From: Eubacteriales bacterium | GTDB taxonomy: Bacteria > Bacillota > Clostridia > Oscillospirales > CAG-272 | Direction: 5' to 3' | DNA: 64,000 nucleotides | Assembly: GCA_045645405.1 (NCBI GenBank) | Contig: JAZRIQ010000004.1 | Span: forward strand, 159,933 to 223,932 | Shown: positions 48,655 to 57,033 of the stretch, piece after piece | Position numbering within the stretch: the first letter of the stretch is position 1 | Layout: the number at the start of each line of letters is the position of its first letter | Made by a program: the position numbers and the translations under genes | The notes under the pieces: model-generated | The model's database searches: none | Told to the model about the DNA's origin: nothing | Seen by the model: only the letters and a program-made list of their open reading frames with translations

Positions 48655-49824
48655 TTACTTTTTATTTCCTAACAAAAAGCTCTTTATTGCATCATACTGT
48701 TCTTTTAATTCTTTTTGTTTTTCTTTGTTAACGCTACGTTTTTTTATAGCTCTTAACATAATATTTTTAGGAGTATCCTCCGGATCGATTAGTTCCAACG
48801 CATCAACGTGGTAGCCTTCGCCTTCTAACTTTAAAAGTCGTAACGAATCCGTTAACGCATCACACATTTTTTGTCGAAGCATTGAGTGCTTAGTAACGAA
48901 TGATAATGCCTCGCAGTTTATCGTGTGATTGAGTTCGTGATGACAGCAAGGCGTTGACAAGATCACATCCGCTCCATTTTCACTCGCTTTATTCAAAACA
49001 ATATCAGTTGCGATATCGCAAGCGTGCAAAGAAATAACAAGATGAGGCTTTAAAACCATATCGAATTTATTGATATCTCCGCAAACGAACTGCATTTCAT
49101 CAAATCCAAGGCGAGAAGCTACGTTTGTGCAATACTCTATAACATCACTCTTTAAATCAACGCAAATCATTCGGATATTCATACCGAGAACGTATTTAAA
49201 GTAATGAAATACTGCAAAGCTCAAATAACTTTTTCCGCAACATAAATCATAAACGTTTATATCATTTTGTGGCAGTTTATCCTTTATCGCTTCGATATGT
49301 TCAACGAATTTATTGATTTGACGGAATTTAGCCTGCATTTTATCTCTGATTCTTCCAGATTCGTCACTGATACCGAGCTTCTTTAAAAAGTCCTCGTTTC
49401 CGCTAAGAATATAGTTTTTAGATTTATTATTTCCGTCTTCACAAACTTCTTCAAAAGCAGCATTTTTTAGTGTGGCTTTTACTTTTTTATCCCCTATCAA
49501 CGTTTCCTTTCCGCTTTTTGAACGCATATATTGGCAATCACCTGCGGTGGAAATCACATTTAATTGAGCATAATTTTCAAATACCGCTCTTAATTCTTTT
49601 TCGAAATTTTCCCTTATATTTCTGTGGTACGCTTTGTTGTCCTTTGAGAAGGTTTCAATCTGTACTGCATAGTCACCTGAAATAAATTTAGGGGTTATAA
49701 CACTTTTTATTTCATCTACGGAATCGGGCTTTGAAAGAATGATTTTCTTAAGCGCTCTGTTTTTTATTAAAAGTGATACAAGATTGCTTAAATCATCAAG
49801 TGCTTCACTTTTTACATTTATCAT
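48655..49824 (-). CDS. Class I SAM-dependent methyltransferase-like protein
   Basis: VYDLCCGKSYLSF (motif I-like) and ...VISLHACD.... Specific function unknown. Confidence 0.6.
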   Translation of the reverse strand: MINVKSEALDDLSNLVSLLIKNRALKKIILSKPDSVDEIKSVITPKFISGDYAVQIETFSKDNKAYHRNIRENFEKELRAVFENYAQLNVISTAGDCQYMRSKSGKETLIGDKKVKATLKNAAFEEVCEDGNNKSKNYILSGNEDFLKKLGISDESGRIRDKMQAKFRQINKFVEHIEAIKDKLPQNDINVYDLCCGKSYLSFAVFHYFKYVLGMNIRMICVDLKSDVIEYCTNVASRLGFDEMQFVCGDINKFDMVLKPHLVISLHACDIATDIVLNKASENGADVILSTPCCHHELNHTINCEALSFVTKHSMLRQKMCDALTDSLRLLKLEGEGYHVDALELIDPEDTPKNIMLRAIKKRSVNKEKQKELKEQYDAIKSFLLGNKK

Positions 49825-50555
49825 TATTCATCCTCATCCTTATAAGATTTTCTCTCTTTTTTCTTTTTTCCAAGATTAACCTTTGATTCAGTATGGTTAT
49901 AAATACGTACAATGTTGCTTCTATGAAGAAAAATAATCAGCATTGACGTCATAGCTGCTAACAGAATGTGCGGACCGTACGGAATAGTTCTACCTGCCAC
50001 GGAAAGCACCATCGGATAAGTTAAGCAAATCATAATAGATGCAAGGGAAACCATTTTATAGCCATAAAGGATAATTATGAAAATTACCAACATTATTAAA
50101 AAAACAAAGGGCTCGGTTAAAAGACACATTGTAGAAATTGCCACTACGCCTTTTCCGCCTTTAAACTTGAAAAATATCGGATAAGCATGTCCTACAACTC
50201 CAAATAAGCCGGTTAAGTAAGCCCCCCAATATCCCAACAAAGCATATCCAAGACATACAGCCAAAGCTGTTTTAAACATATCGCCTAAAAACGTCAGTAC
50301 AGATGCCTTCTTGCCGTACGTTCTCATCATATTGGTAGCTCCTGCGTTTCCGCTACCCTTTGTTCTGATGTCAGCTCCATACATAAACTTTGAAATCATA
50401 ACGCCAAAATTCAAGCTTCCAAGTAAATATGCACCAATGATACAAGCTAAAGCAACAAGAATAACCTTGCTTGTGTTATCATAAAACGTTTCATCCTTAA
50501 ATGAAAAATAACCAGACATTAAGAATTTTTTGAAATCATCAAAGCTTTTTATCAT
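49824..50555 (-). CDS. plsY: Glycerol-3-phosphate acyltransferase PlsY
   Basis: GSGNAGATNMMR, FKFKGGKGVV, and a polytopic topology. The K/E-rich C-terminal tail is unusual but in frame. Confidence 0.88.
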   Translation of the reverse strand: MIKSFDDFKKFLMSGYFSFKDETFYDNTSKVILVALACIIGAYLLGSLNFGVMISKFMYGADIRTKGSGNAGATNMMRTYGKKASVLTFLGDMFKTALAVCLGYALLGYWGAYLTGLFGVVGHAYPIFFKFKGGKGVVAISTMCLLTEPFVFLIMLVIFIIILYGYKMVSLASIMICLTYPMVLSVAGRTIPYGPHILLAAMTSMLIIFLHRSNIVRIYNHTESKVNLGKKKKERKSYKDEDE

Positions 50556-51892
50556 AGTTTAGTTTCATCCTCCTCAGAACGTTGTCTTATAATCAATTTT
50601 ATAGGAGTTCCTTTAAAGCCAAACGTATCTCTTAAACAATTTTCAATATATCTTTGATAAGAGAAATGAAATAGCGCTGCACTATTGCAGAAGAGAACGA
50701 AGGTTGGCGGCGCTACGCTTGTTTGAGTCATATAGTAAACCTTTAGCCTTCTTCCTTTATCTGACGGTGGCTGCACTCTTGTAATAGCTTCATTAAGTAC
50801 GTCATTAAGCATACCTGTTGATATGCGCATTTTAGATTGATTATAAACATAGTTAATTTGTTCAAATAGCTTTACTATTCTTTGACCAGTTAGCGCAGAT
50901 ACGTAAATTACAGGAGCATACGTCATATAAGACAGCGCTTCTTGTACTTTTTTCGTGTATTTTACAGTATCTTTGTCCTCTGTTTCGGGTAAATCCCACT
51001 TATTAACTACGATGATTACTGCTTTTCCTGCCTCATGAGCAATACCTGCAATTTTTTCATCCTGTTCAGTAACGCCCTCGGTAGCATCAATAACGAGCAA
51101 GCAAACGTCTGCTCTTTCAACAGCCATGTGAGCTCTTAAAACACTGAATTTTTCAATTCTGTCATCTACCTTGCTTTGACGTCTTATTCCGGCGGTATCT
51201 ATAAAATTATACTTGCCGTATTCATTTTCAAAACGCGTATCAATAGCGTCACGCGTTGTTCCCGCCATTGAGGACACTATCAAACGGTCAGTACCGAGAA
51301 TTTTATTTATAATTGATGATTTACCTGCGTTTGGCTTCCCAATAACACAAACGTTGATTAAATCCTCTTCCTCTTCCTCATATTCACTTTCAGAAATGCA
51401 ACTAAATACTGCATCAAGCAAATCTCCGCTTCCTGTTCCGTGAATCGAAGATACAGGTATAGGATCAATATCAAAACCCAATTCATAAAATTCATAGAAA
51501 GTAGGATCAACCTGACCTACTCTGTCCGATTTATTTACACATACAACAACAGGCTTTCCGCTTTTCTTAAGCATAATAGCTATATCTCTATCGTCTGCAA
51601 CAAGTCCTGCGTTTATGTCACACATAAAAATTATGACATCGGCAGTATCAATAGCAATTTGAGCCTGCGCTCTCATTTTCTGTAAAATCATACTGTCTGT
51701 TTTAGGTTCTATACCGCCTGTATCGATAAGAACAAATTTACGTCCGCACCATTCGCTTTCTCCGTAAATTCTATCTCTTGTAACGCCCGGTGTGTCTTCA
51801 ACGATAGAACGTCTTTCTCCAATAAGCTTATTGAACAAAGTACTCTTTCCAACATTAGGGCGTCCTACTATTGCAACTATGGGTTTAGCCAT
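50552..51892 (-). CDS. der: Ribosome-associated GTPase Der (EngA)
   Basis: Two tandem G domains (GRPNVGKSTLFN and GKPNAGKSSIIN) plus a KH-like C-terminus. Confidence 0.95.
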   Translation of the reverse strand: MAKPIVAIVGRPNVGKSTLFNKLIGERRSIVEDTPGVTRDRIYGESEWCGRKFVLIDTGGIEPKTDSMILQKMRAQAQIAIDTADVIIFMCDINAGLVADDRDIAIMLKKSGKPVVVCVNKSDRVGQVDPTFYEFYELGFDIDPIPVSSIHGTGSGDLLDAVFSCISESEYEEEEEDLINVCVIGKPNAGKSSIINKILGTDRLIVSSMAGTTRDAIDTRFENEYGKYNFIDTAGIRRQSKVDDRIEKFSVLRAHMAVERADVCLLVIDATEGVTEQDEKIAGIAHEAGKAVIIVVNKWDLPETEDKDTVKYTKKVQEALSYMTYAPVIYVSALTGQRIVKLFEQINYVYNQSKMRISTGMLNDVLNEAITRVQPPSDKGRRLKVYYMTQTSVAPPTFVLFCNSAALFHFSYQRYIENCLRDTFGFKGTPIKLIIRQRSEEDETKL

Positions 51893-51917
51893 TTTTATAC
51901 CTCCTTCAATTAGAGCC

Positions 51918-53222
51918 TCATTCTTTCAATAAAGATGCAACAAATTCGGCCCCATCCTGTTCATCAGGTATTATTCTTACGTTTAATTTAGTTTCGAGCT
52001 CTTGAACAGACATTCCACACAAAAACAAGTCCCCGTCCGCTCTTAACATACTTCTTGAAATATGTAGCTCCGTTCCAAGAGGATTGCCTGATAACTGATT
52101 TAACAAATCTTTACCTGTAATAAGTCCGGAAACAGTTACAGTATGACCGAAAAAGTCATTTATCACCTCATAAACCCTACATTCAAGATTCTTGCATTTC
52201 TTCTGTATTTTTTTGACAAGCCTGCATATAAAAGGATATGATGCAGTACCCGTAGCGATTGAAATACTCTTTTTAACAGATTTTTCTTCATTCGTTACGG
52301 TTTTAAGATAATGATAAGCTTCCTCTTCAAAGCAAGTTATCATTCCTACACCGTTATCAAGTTGACTATATCCCTCATAGTAGCTTTCAGTGTGCATCTT
52401 CTTTCCTGCAATCAAATAAAATTCATCAGAACAGAAAAACAAATTCTTGCCAAGTTTTTTAGCGAATGCAGCGTTAATTTTTTCAACCTGTCTGATAACT
52501 GCCTTACTCGAATTTTTATCAAATGACTTTAAAGGATAAAGTCCTTCTCTGAATTTAGTAAGCCCGGATGGCACTATTGCAACGCTTGAAATTCTTGGAT
52601 ATAGCTTGGCTAAATCCTCAAGCGATCTTTTTAACTCATCACCATCATTGATACCGCGACATAATACAATTTGTGCGCAGATATCAATACCGTTATTAGC
52701 AAGCATTTCCATATATTCAAGCACATCGCCTGCCCTTTTGTTATGCATCATTTTGCATCTCAAATCAGGATTTGTGGTGTGAACAGAAATGTTAATAGGA
52801 GAAATATGCATTTCTATAATACGCTCAATATCACGTTTTTCCAAATTTGTAAGAGTAATATAATTGCCGTGTAGGAAAGAAAGACGAGAGTCGTCATCCT
52901 TAAAATAAAGTGATTCACGAAGTCCTTTTGGAAGTTGATCAATAAAACAGAAAATACACTTATTTTCGCATCTGTGCTTTTTATCCATAAGGGGGGTTTC
53001 AAATTCAAGTCCAATATCCTCGTAGCATTCCTTGTTAATAGAAAAGCTAATCTCTTGTGAGTCCCTTTTAATTTTTAAATCTATATTTTCTTCAGCAAGA
53101 TAAAATCTGTAATCTAAAACATCGTTGATTTCTTTGCCGTTTATACTAACTAATATATCCTTTTCTTTTATTCCACATAAATCCGCATGGGTTTGGGGAA
53201 TAATTTTTTCAATTCTAACCAT
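51918..53222 (-). CDS. DUF512 radical SAM protein with N-terminal PDZ domain
   Basis: PDZ-like N-terminus and the radical SAM motif CENKCIFC. It lies upstream of der, as in many Firmicutes. The start at 53222 has a GGAG Shine-Dalgarno. Confidence 0.8.
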   Translation of the reverse strand: MVRIEKIIPQTHADLCGIKEKDILVSINGKEINDVLDYRFYLAEENIDLKIKRDSQEISFSINKECYEDIGLEFETPLMDKKHRCENKCIFCFIDQLPKGLRESLYFKDDDSRLSFLHGNYITLTNLEKRDIERIIEMHISPINISVHTTNPDLRCKMMHNKRAGDVLEYMEMLANNGIDICAQIVLCRGINDGDELKRSLEDLAKLYPRISSVAIVPSGLTKFREGLYPLKSFDKNSSKAVIRQVEKINAAFAKKLGKNLFFCSDEFYLIAGKKMHTESYYEGYSQLDNGVGMITCFEEEAYHYLKTVTNEEKSVKKSISIATGTASYPFICRLVKKIQKKCKNLECRVYEVINDFFGHTVTVSGLITGKDLLNQLSGNPLGTELHISRSMLRADGDLFLCGMSVQELETKLNVRIIPDEQDGAEFVASLLKE

Positions 53223-53280
53223 TTTTAACTCCATTGCAGTACTTGCCAATTATATATTATATACTATATCGACATAAAAA

Positions 53281-53964
53281 TCAACTGTCACAGGTTAAAT
53301 ATTTATTTATTTTTTCAAGAATTGATTTCTCTATTCTCGAAACATAAGAACGTGAAATTTTTAATTTATCCGCCACCTCTCTTTGGGTATAGGCTTTAGT
53401 ATTTCCAAGCCCGTATCTCATTACTATAATCTGCTTTTCGCGGTCATCTAAATTGTTTTTAATATAATCCAACGCTTTTGTAATTTTGATTTTTTTATCA
53501 AGATCCTCTGCAATAGTATCCTCAACACAAACGATATCAATATATGTAAGAGGATTTCCGTCTTTATCTATATCAATGGTATCATTTAGTGAAACCTCAT
53601 AACCAAGTTTTTTCTGACTTCTGAAAAGCATCAATATTTCATTTTGTATACATTTAGCAGCATAGGTTGCAAATTTAGCACCGTTTGTTGTATTAAATGA
53701 ATCTATAGCTTTAATTAAACCAATTGTTCCTACCGAAATTAAATCGTCTTGATTTTTATAAGAAACGTAGTATTTTCTGACAATATGCGCTACAAGTCTT
53801 AGATTATGCTCTATCAGTTTATTTCTCGCATTCATATCGCCGTTTCTTGTTCTTTTAAAAAATTCTTCCTCTTCTTCTTTTGATAAAGCCCGCGGAAACT
53901 TATGATTTGGTTCTACACCTAAAATCATAAATACCGCATTTAAAATCATTGAAAAAAATCCCAT
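53281..53964 (-). CDS. sigK: RNA polymerase sporulation sigma factor SigK (pro-sigma-K), uninterrupted
   Basis: Short hydrophobic pro-sequence, then [30 protein letters not shown], and VSLNDTIDIDKDGNPLTYIDIV, which are SigK-like. It is a single continuous ORF. Confidence 0.88.
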   Translation of the reverse strand: MGFFSMILNAVFMILGVEPNHKFPRALSKEEEEEFFKRTRNGDMNARNKLIEHNLRLVAHIVRKYYVSYKNQDDLISVGTIGLIKAIDSFNTTNGAKFATYAAKCIQNEILMLFRSQKKLGYEVSLNDTIDIDKDGNPLTYIDIVCVEDTIAEDLDKKIKITKALDYIKNNLDDREKQIIVMRYGLGNTKAYTQREVADKLKISRSYVSRIEKSILEKINKYLTCDS

Positions 53965-54106
53965 ATTATCACCTCAACAAAACTATATTTAAAAAATTCT
54001 AAAATTTGCTTGTCAGACTAAAATTTGTTACCTTTTGTTTGCATATAACACTTTAAATTGTAAAGAATATCTATGAACAACAGTTCAAATAATGGAGGAA
54101 GCAATA

Positions 54107-54331
54107 ATGATGATGATAATTGATAGAATTTCTTTAGCACTTTTGATTGTAGGCGGATTAAACTGGGGAAGTGTCGGTCTTTTTGATTTTGACATAGTTG
54201 CCTGGATTTTTGGAAGCTCTACCGCTATTGGTGCAAGAATAATCTACGTTGTAATCGCCCTATGTGCTTTGTGGTGTGTTTCTCTTTTATTCAGAGAAAA
54301 CGTTACCACGGAAGAATATCAAAGACATTAA
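54107..54331 (+). CDS. DUF378 domain membrane protein
   Basis: LIVGGLNWGSVGLFDFDIV is the DUF378 signature. The start was placed after the GGAGGA Shine-Dalgarno. Confidence 0.75.
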   Translation: MMMIIDRISLALLIVGGLNWGSVGLFDFDIVAWIFGSSTAIGARIIYVVIALCALWCVSLLFRENVTTEEYQRH

Positions 54332-54337
54332 CAAAAA

Positions 54338-54361
54338 AATGCTTCGGTTTTCCGAAGCATT
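54338..54361. terminator. Bidirectional Rho-independent terminator
   Basis: Stem aatgcttcgg pairs with ccgaagcatt, flanked by an A-run and a T-run. Confidence 0.8.
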
Positions 54362-54362
54362 T

Positions 54363-55532
54363 TTATTCAATATACGGTACTTTCTTATACGCCAAAGATG
54401 GTTGAGAGGGGGTTATCATTAACAAAGCATACATACTGTCAACTTTAAGCATTTTTTCATAAATTTCTAAATCCTGTTGATTTAACTTTTTTGCATCAGA
54501 ATGCTTTGTTATAATGGTAATGCTTTCCTTTTTTCTGTTTTGGCTTATTATTTTTTTACCATTATTGTTAGCACCAAGCAACACAGTAAATCCTGGTGTT
54601 TTGTCAATTCTTGTAACATTAAAAAGCGAGTAAATAGTTGCTCTTTTTAATCTTGAAGTAGTATAATTTTTCGAAGATAGATTTTCGGTGAAGCTCTCCG
54701 GGGATTGACATTTTCTGGCACATTCTGCTATATAATTCCCCATACCGTTTGCAACGTCAAAAAGATTTTCAAGCTCATTTGAAGAGCACAAAATAACATT
54801 AGAAAGTAAAACTATATTGCTTAGATTAACGTTGTTGATATTTCCGTTTACAACTGCCAAATCAAGCACTTTTTTTGCCTTTTGAGGTATTGATAACAAT
54901 TCTTTATTTTCATAAAAGTACTTTCTTATAGCACTTGCTGACATTACATTACAAATTTGATTATCTTTATATCTGGCACCAACACGCTTAATCGCCTTAT
55001 ATTGAATTCTCAGGTTATTTTCCTTTATTGCACGAACATACTCTATTGCTAAAATATCGTTTGAGCATTTTGACAAGCTTAAACCAAACGTTAATAAAGC
55101 TTTTTCTCTTGCTAGCGGATAGCTTATTTTTTCTTTAGAAAGAATCTTTGTTATTTCTTCATTAAATTCTGAAGAGTTAATTGTATCGGCAATTTTTTCG
55201 ATATTTTGAATACTATCTTCTTCTATACCAAAATATAGATAATCAGCGCCTAGCTTATCAGCGATTTTTACACCTACTGTCGCAAAAATTTCAGCAGTTG
55301 AGCAGGCGTACGGAAACGGAAGTTCGAAAACCGCATCAACACCGCAATTTATTGCCATCTCTGCCCTTGTATATTTATCGGTAAACGCAAAATCCCCGCG
55401 TTGCACAACGTTTCCGGACATAATTGAAATTATAGTAGCATCAGGCATTTCCTGTCTTATTTTATCAATTTGATATTTATGTCCATTATGAAACGGATTA
55501 TATTCCGTTATTATTGCAACAATTTTTGACAT
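54363..55532 (-). CDS. tmcAL: tRNA(Met) cytidine acetate ligase (UPF0348 nucleotidyltransferase)
   Basis: IITEYNPFHNGHKYQI is an HxGH nucleotidyltransferase motif, and overall size fits the family. Confidence 0.8.
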   Translation of the reverse strand: MSKIVAIITEYNPFHNGHKYQIDKIRQEMPDATIISIMSGNVVQRGDFAFTDKYTRAEMAINCGVDAVFELPFPYACSTAEIFATVGVKIADKLGADYLYFGIEEDSIQNIEKIADTINSSEFNEEITKILSKEKISYPLAREKALLTFGLSLSKCSNDILAIEYVRAIKENNLRIQYKAIKRVGARYKDNQICNVMSASAIRKYFYENKELLSIPQKAKKVLDLAVVNGNINNVNLSNIVLLSNVILCSSNELENLFDVANGMGNYIAECARKCQSPESFTENLSSKNYTTSRLKRATIYSLFNVTRIDKTPGFTVLLGANNNGKKIISQNRKKESITIITKHSDAKKLNQQDLEIYEKMLKVDSMYALLMITPSQPSLAYKKVPYIE

Positions 55533-55650
55533 TTCGCGCTCCTCTCATAAAAAAATTACATTATTTCACTTTAGCACTTGAAAAAAGTAGATTTATCATA
55601 TATAATATATACGAAAAAATTTTAATTGTCAAGATAATTGGAGGATTATT

Positions 55651-56904
55651 ATGAAAGTACTTGTTGTAAACGCAGGAAGCTCATCTTTAAAGTATCAGCT
55701 TATGGACACCGCGACCAAGGATGTTCTTGGTAAGGGTATCTGTGAAAGAATCGGTATGGAAGGAAGCTTAATTACTCACAAGGTTGGCGACAAAAAGGTT
55801 GAAAAGGAAATTGCAATGCCTGACCACGCTGTTGCTACTGAAATTGTAGTTAGCTATCTTACAGATAAGGACTACGGTTGTATTTCCAGTATGGACGAAA
55901 TCGAAGCTATCGGTCACAGAGTTGTTCACGGTGGATCATACTTCTTTGATAGCTGTCTTGTAACTGACGAGGTTTTTAACATTATTGATAAATGCAGTGA
56001 ATTTGCACCTCTTCATAACCCTGCACACTTAATGGGCATTAAGGGCTGTACAAAGGTTATGCCAAATGTTCCACAGGTTGCAGTATTTGATACAGCTTTC
56101 CATCAGACAATGCCTGCTGAAGCATACACTTATGCTCTTCCTATGGAAATCATTGAAAAGGACGGCGTAAGAAGATACGGTGCTCACGGAACCTCACACA
56201 AATTTGTTTCTATCGAAATGAACAAAATTCTTGGAAGAAACGATACTAAAATCGTAACCTGCCACATAGGTAACGGTTCCTCTATTTCTGCTGTTAAAAA
56301 CGGCAAGTGTGTTGATACGAGTATGGGATTTACACCACTTGCAGGTGTTGAGATGGGCACACGTTGCGGTTCAATTGACCCTGCTATTGTTCCTTACATT
56401 ATGAAAAAACACAATATCAGTGTTGATGAAATATCCGATTTTATGAACAAAAAATGCGGTTTTCTTGGCGTTTCTGAATACTCATCTGATAGCCGTGATA
56501 TTGAGGCTGCTATTCTTGGTAAGTTCAACAAGGATTTGAAGACTTGTCCTACTACAGAAGAAGGAAAAGCAAGAGTTTCCAAAAACTCAAAGCTTGCTGC
56601 TGAAATCCTTGCATATCAAATTAAGCAATATATCGGTTCTTACGCTGCTGCTATGAACGGACTTGACGCGGTTGTGTTTACTGCAGGTATGGGTGAAAAC
56701 AACACAGAGCTTCGTGAAAGAGTATGTACCGATATGGAGTATTTTGGAATCAAGCTTGACAATGAAAAAAATGCAAAAACATTCCGTCAGTCTGATATTG
56801 TAGAAATATCAGCACCTGATTCAAAGGTTAAGGTTTACGTTCTTCCTACAAACGAAGAGCTTATGATTGCTATGGATACTGAAGCAGTTGTAAACAACAA
56901 ATAA
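55651..56904 (+). CDS. ackA: Acetate kinase
   Basis: MKVLVVNAGSSSLKYQL, HRVVHGG and GTSH motifs. TTGAAA-N17-TATAAT promoter and GGAGG Shine-Dalgarno upstream. Confidence 0.95.
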   Translation: MKVLVVNAGSSSLKYQLMDTATKDVLGKGICERIGMEGSLITHKVGDKKVEKEIAMPDHAVATEIVVSYLTDKDYGCISSMDEIEAIGHRVVHGGSYFFDSCLVTDEVFNIIDKCSEFAPLHNPAHLMGIKGCTKVMPNVPQVAVFDTAFHQTMPAEAYTYALPMEIIEKDGVRRYGAHGTSHKFVSIEMNKILGRNDTKIVTCHIGNGSSISAVKNGKCVDTSMGFTPLAGVEMGTRCGSIDPAIVPYIMKKHNISVDEISDFMNKKCGFLGVSEYSSDSRDIEAAILGKFNKDLKTCPTTEEGKARVSKNSKLAAEILAYQIKQYIGSYAAAMNGLDAVVFTAGMGENNTELRERVCTDMEYFGIKLDNEKNAKTFRQSDIVEISAPDSKVKVYVLPTNEELMIAMDTEAVVNNK

Positions 56905-56910
56905 TATTAA

Positions 56911-56940
56911 AAGAGGCTTTATTACAAAGCCTCTTTTGTT
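56911..56940 (+). terminator. Rho-independent terminator after ackA
   Basis: Stem aagaggcttt pairs with aaagcctctt, followed by a T-run. Confidence 0.75.
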
Positions 56941-57033
56941 TTTTATCAATGATACCAAAAAACAGGAAAAGGCAATTTCTCTATTCCTGTTTTTTGTTTA
57001 TAATTTTTGTTAATTTATTTGTTTAAGTTTTTA

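Noticed and set aside
53281-53964. Checked sigK for a skin-like intervening element or split ORF
   Set aside because: The ORF is continuous from the pro-sequence to region 4.2, with no interruption.
46649-56992. Two similar hairpins, aaaaaacaggaaaag...ttcctgtttt, at 46649-46679 and 56961-56992: a possible dispersed repeat element
   Set aside because: The similarity is limited to a short AT-rich terminator stem. Both sit exactly where intrinsic terminators are expected between convergent genes, so this is probably convergent terminator sequence rather than a mobile repeat.
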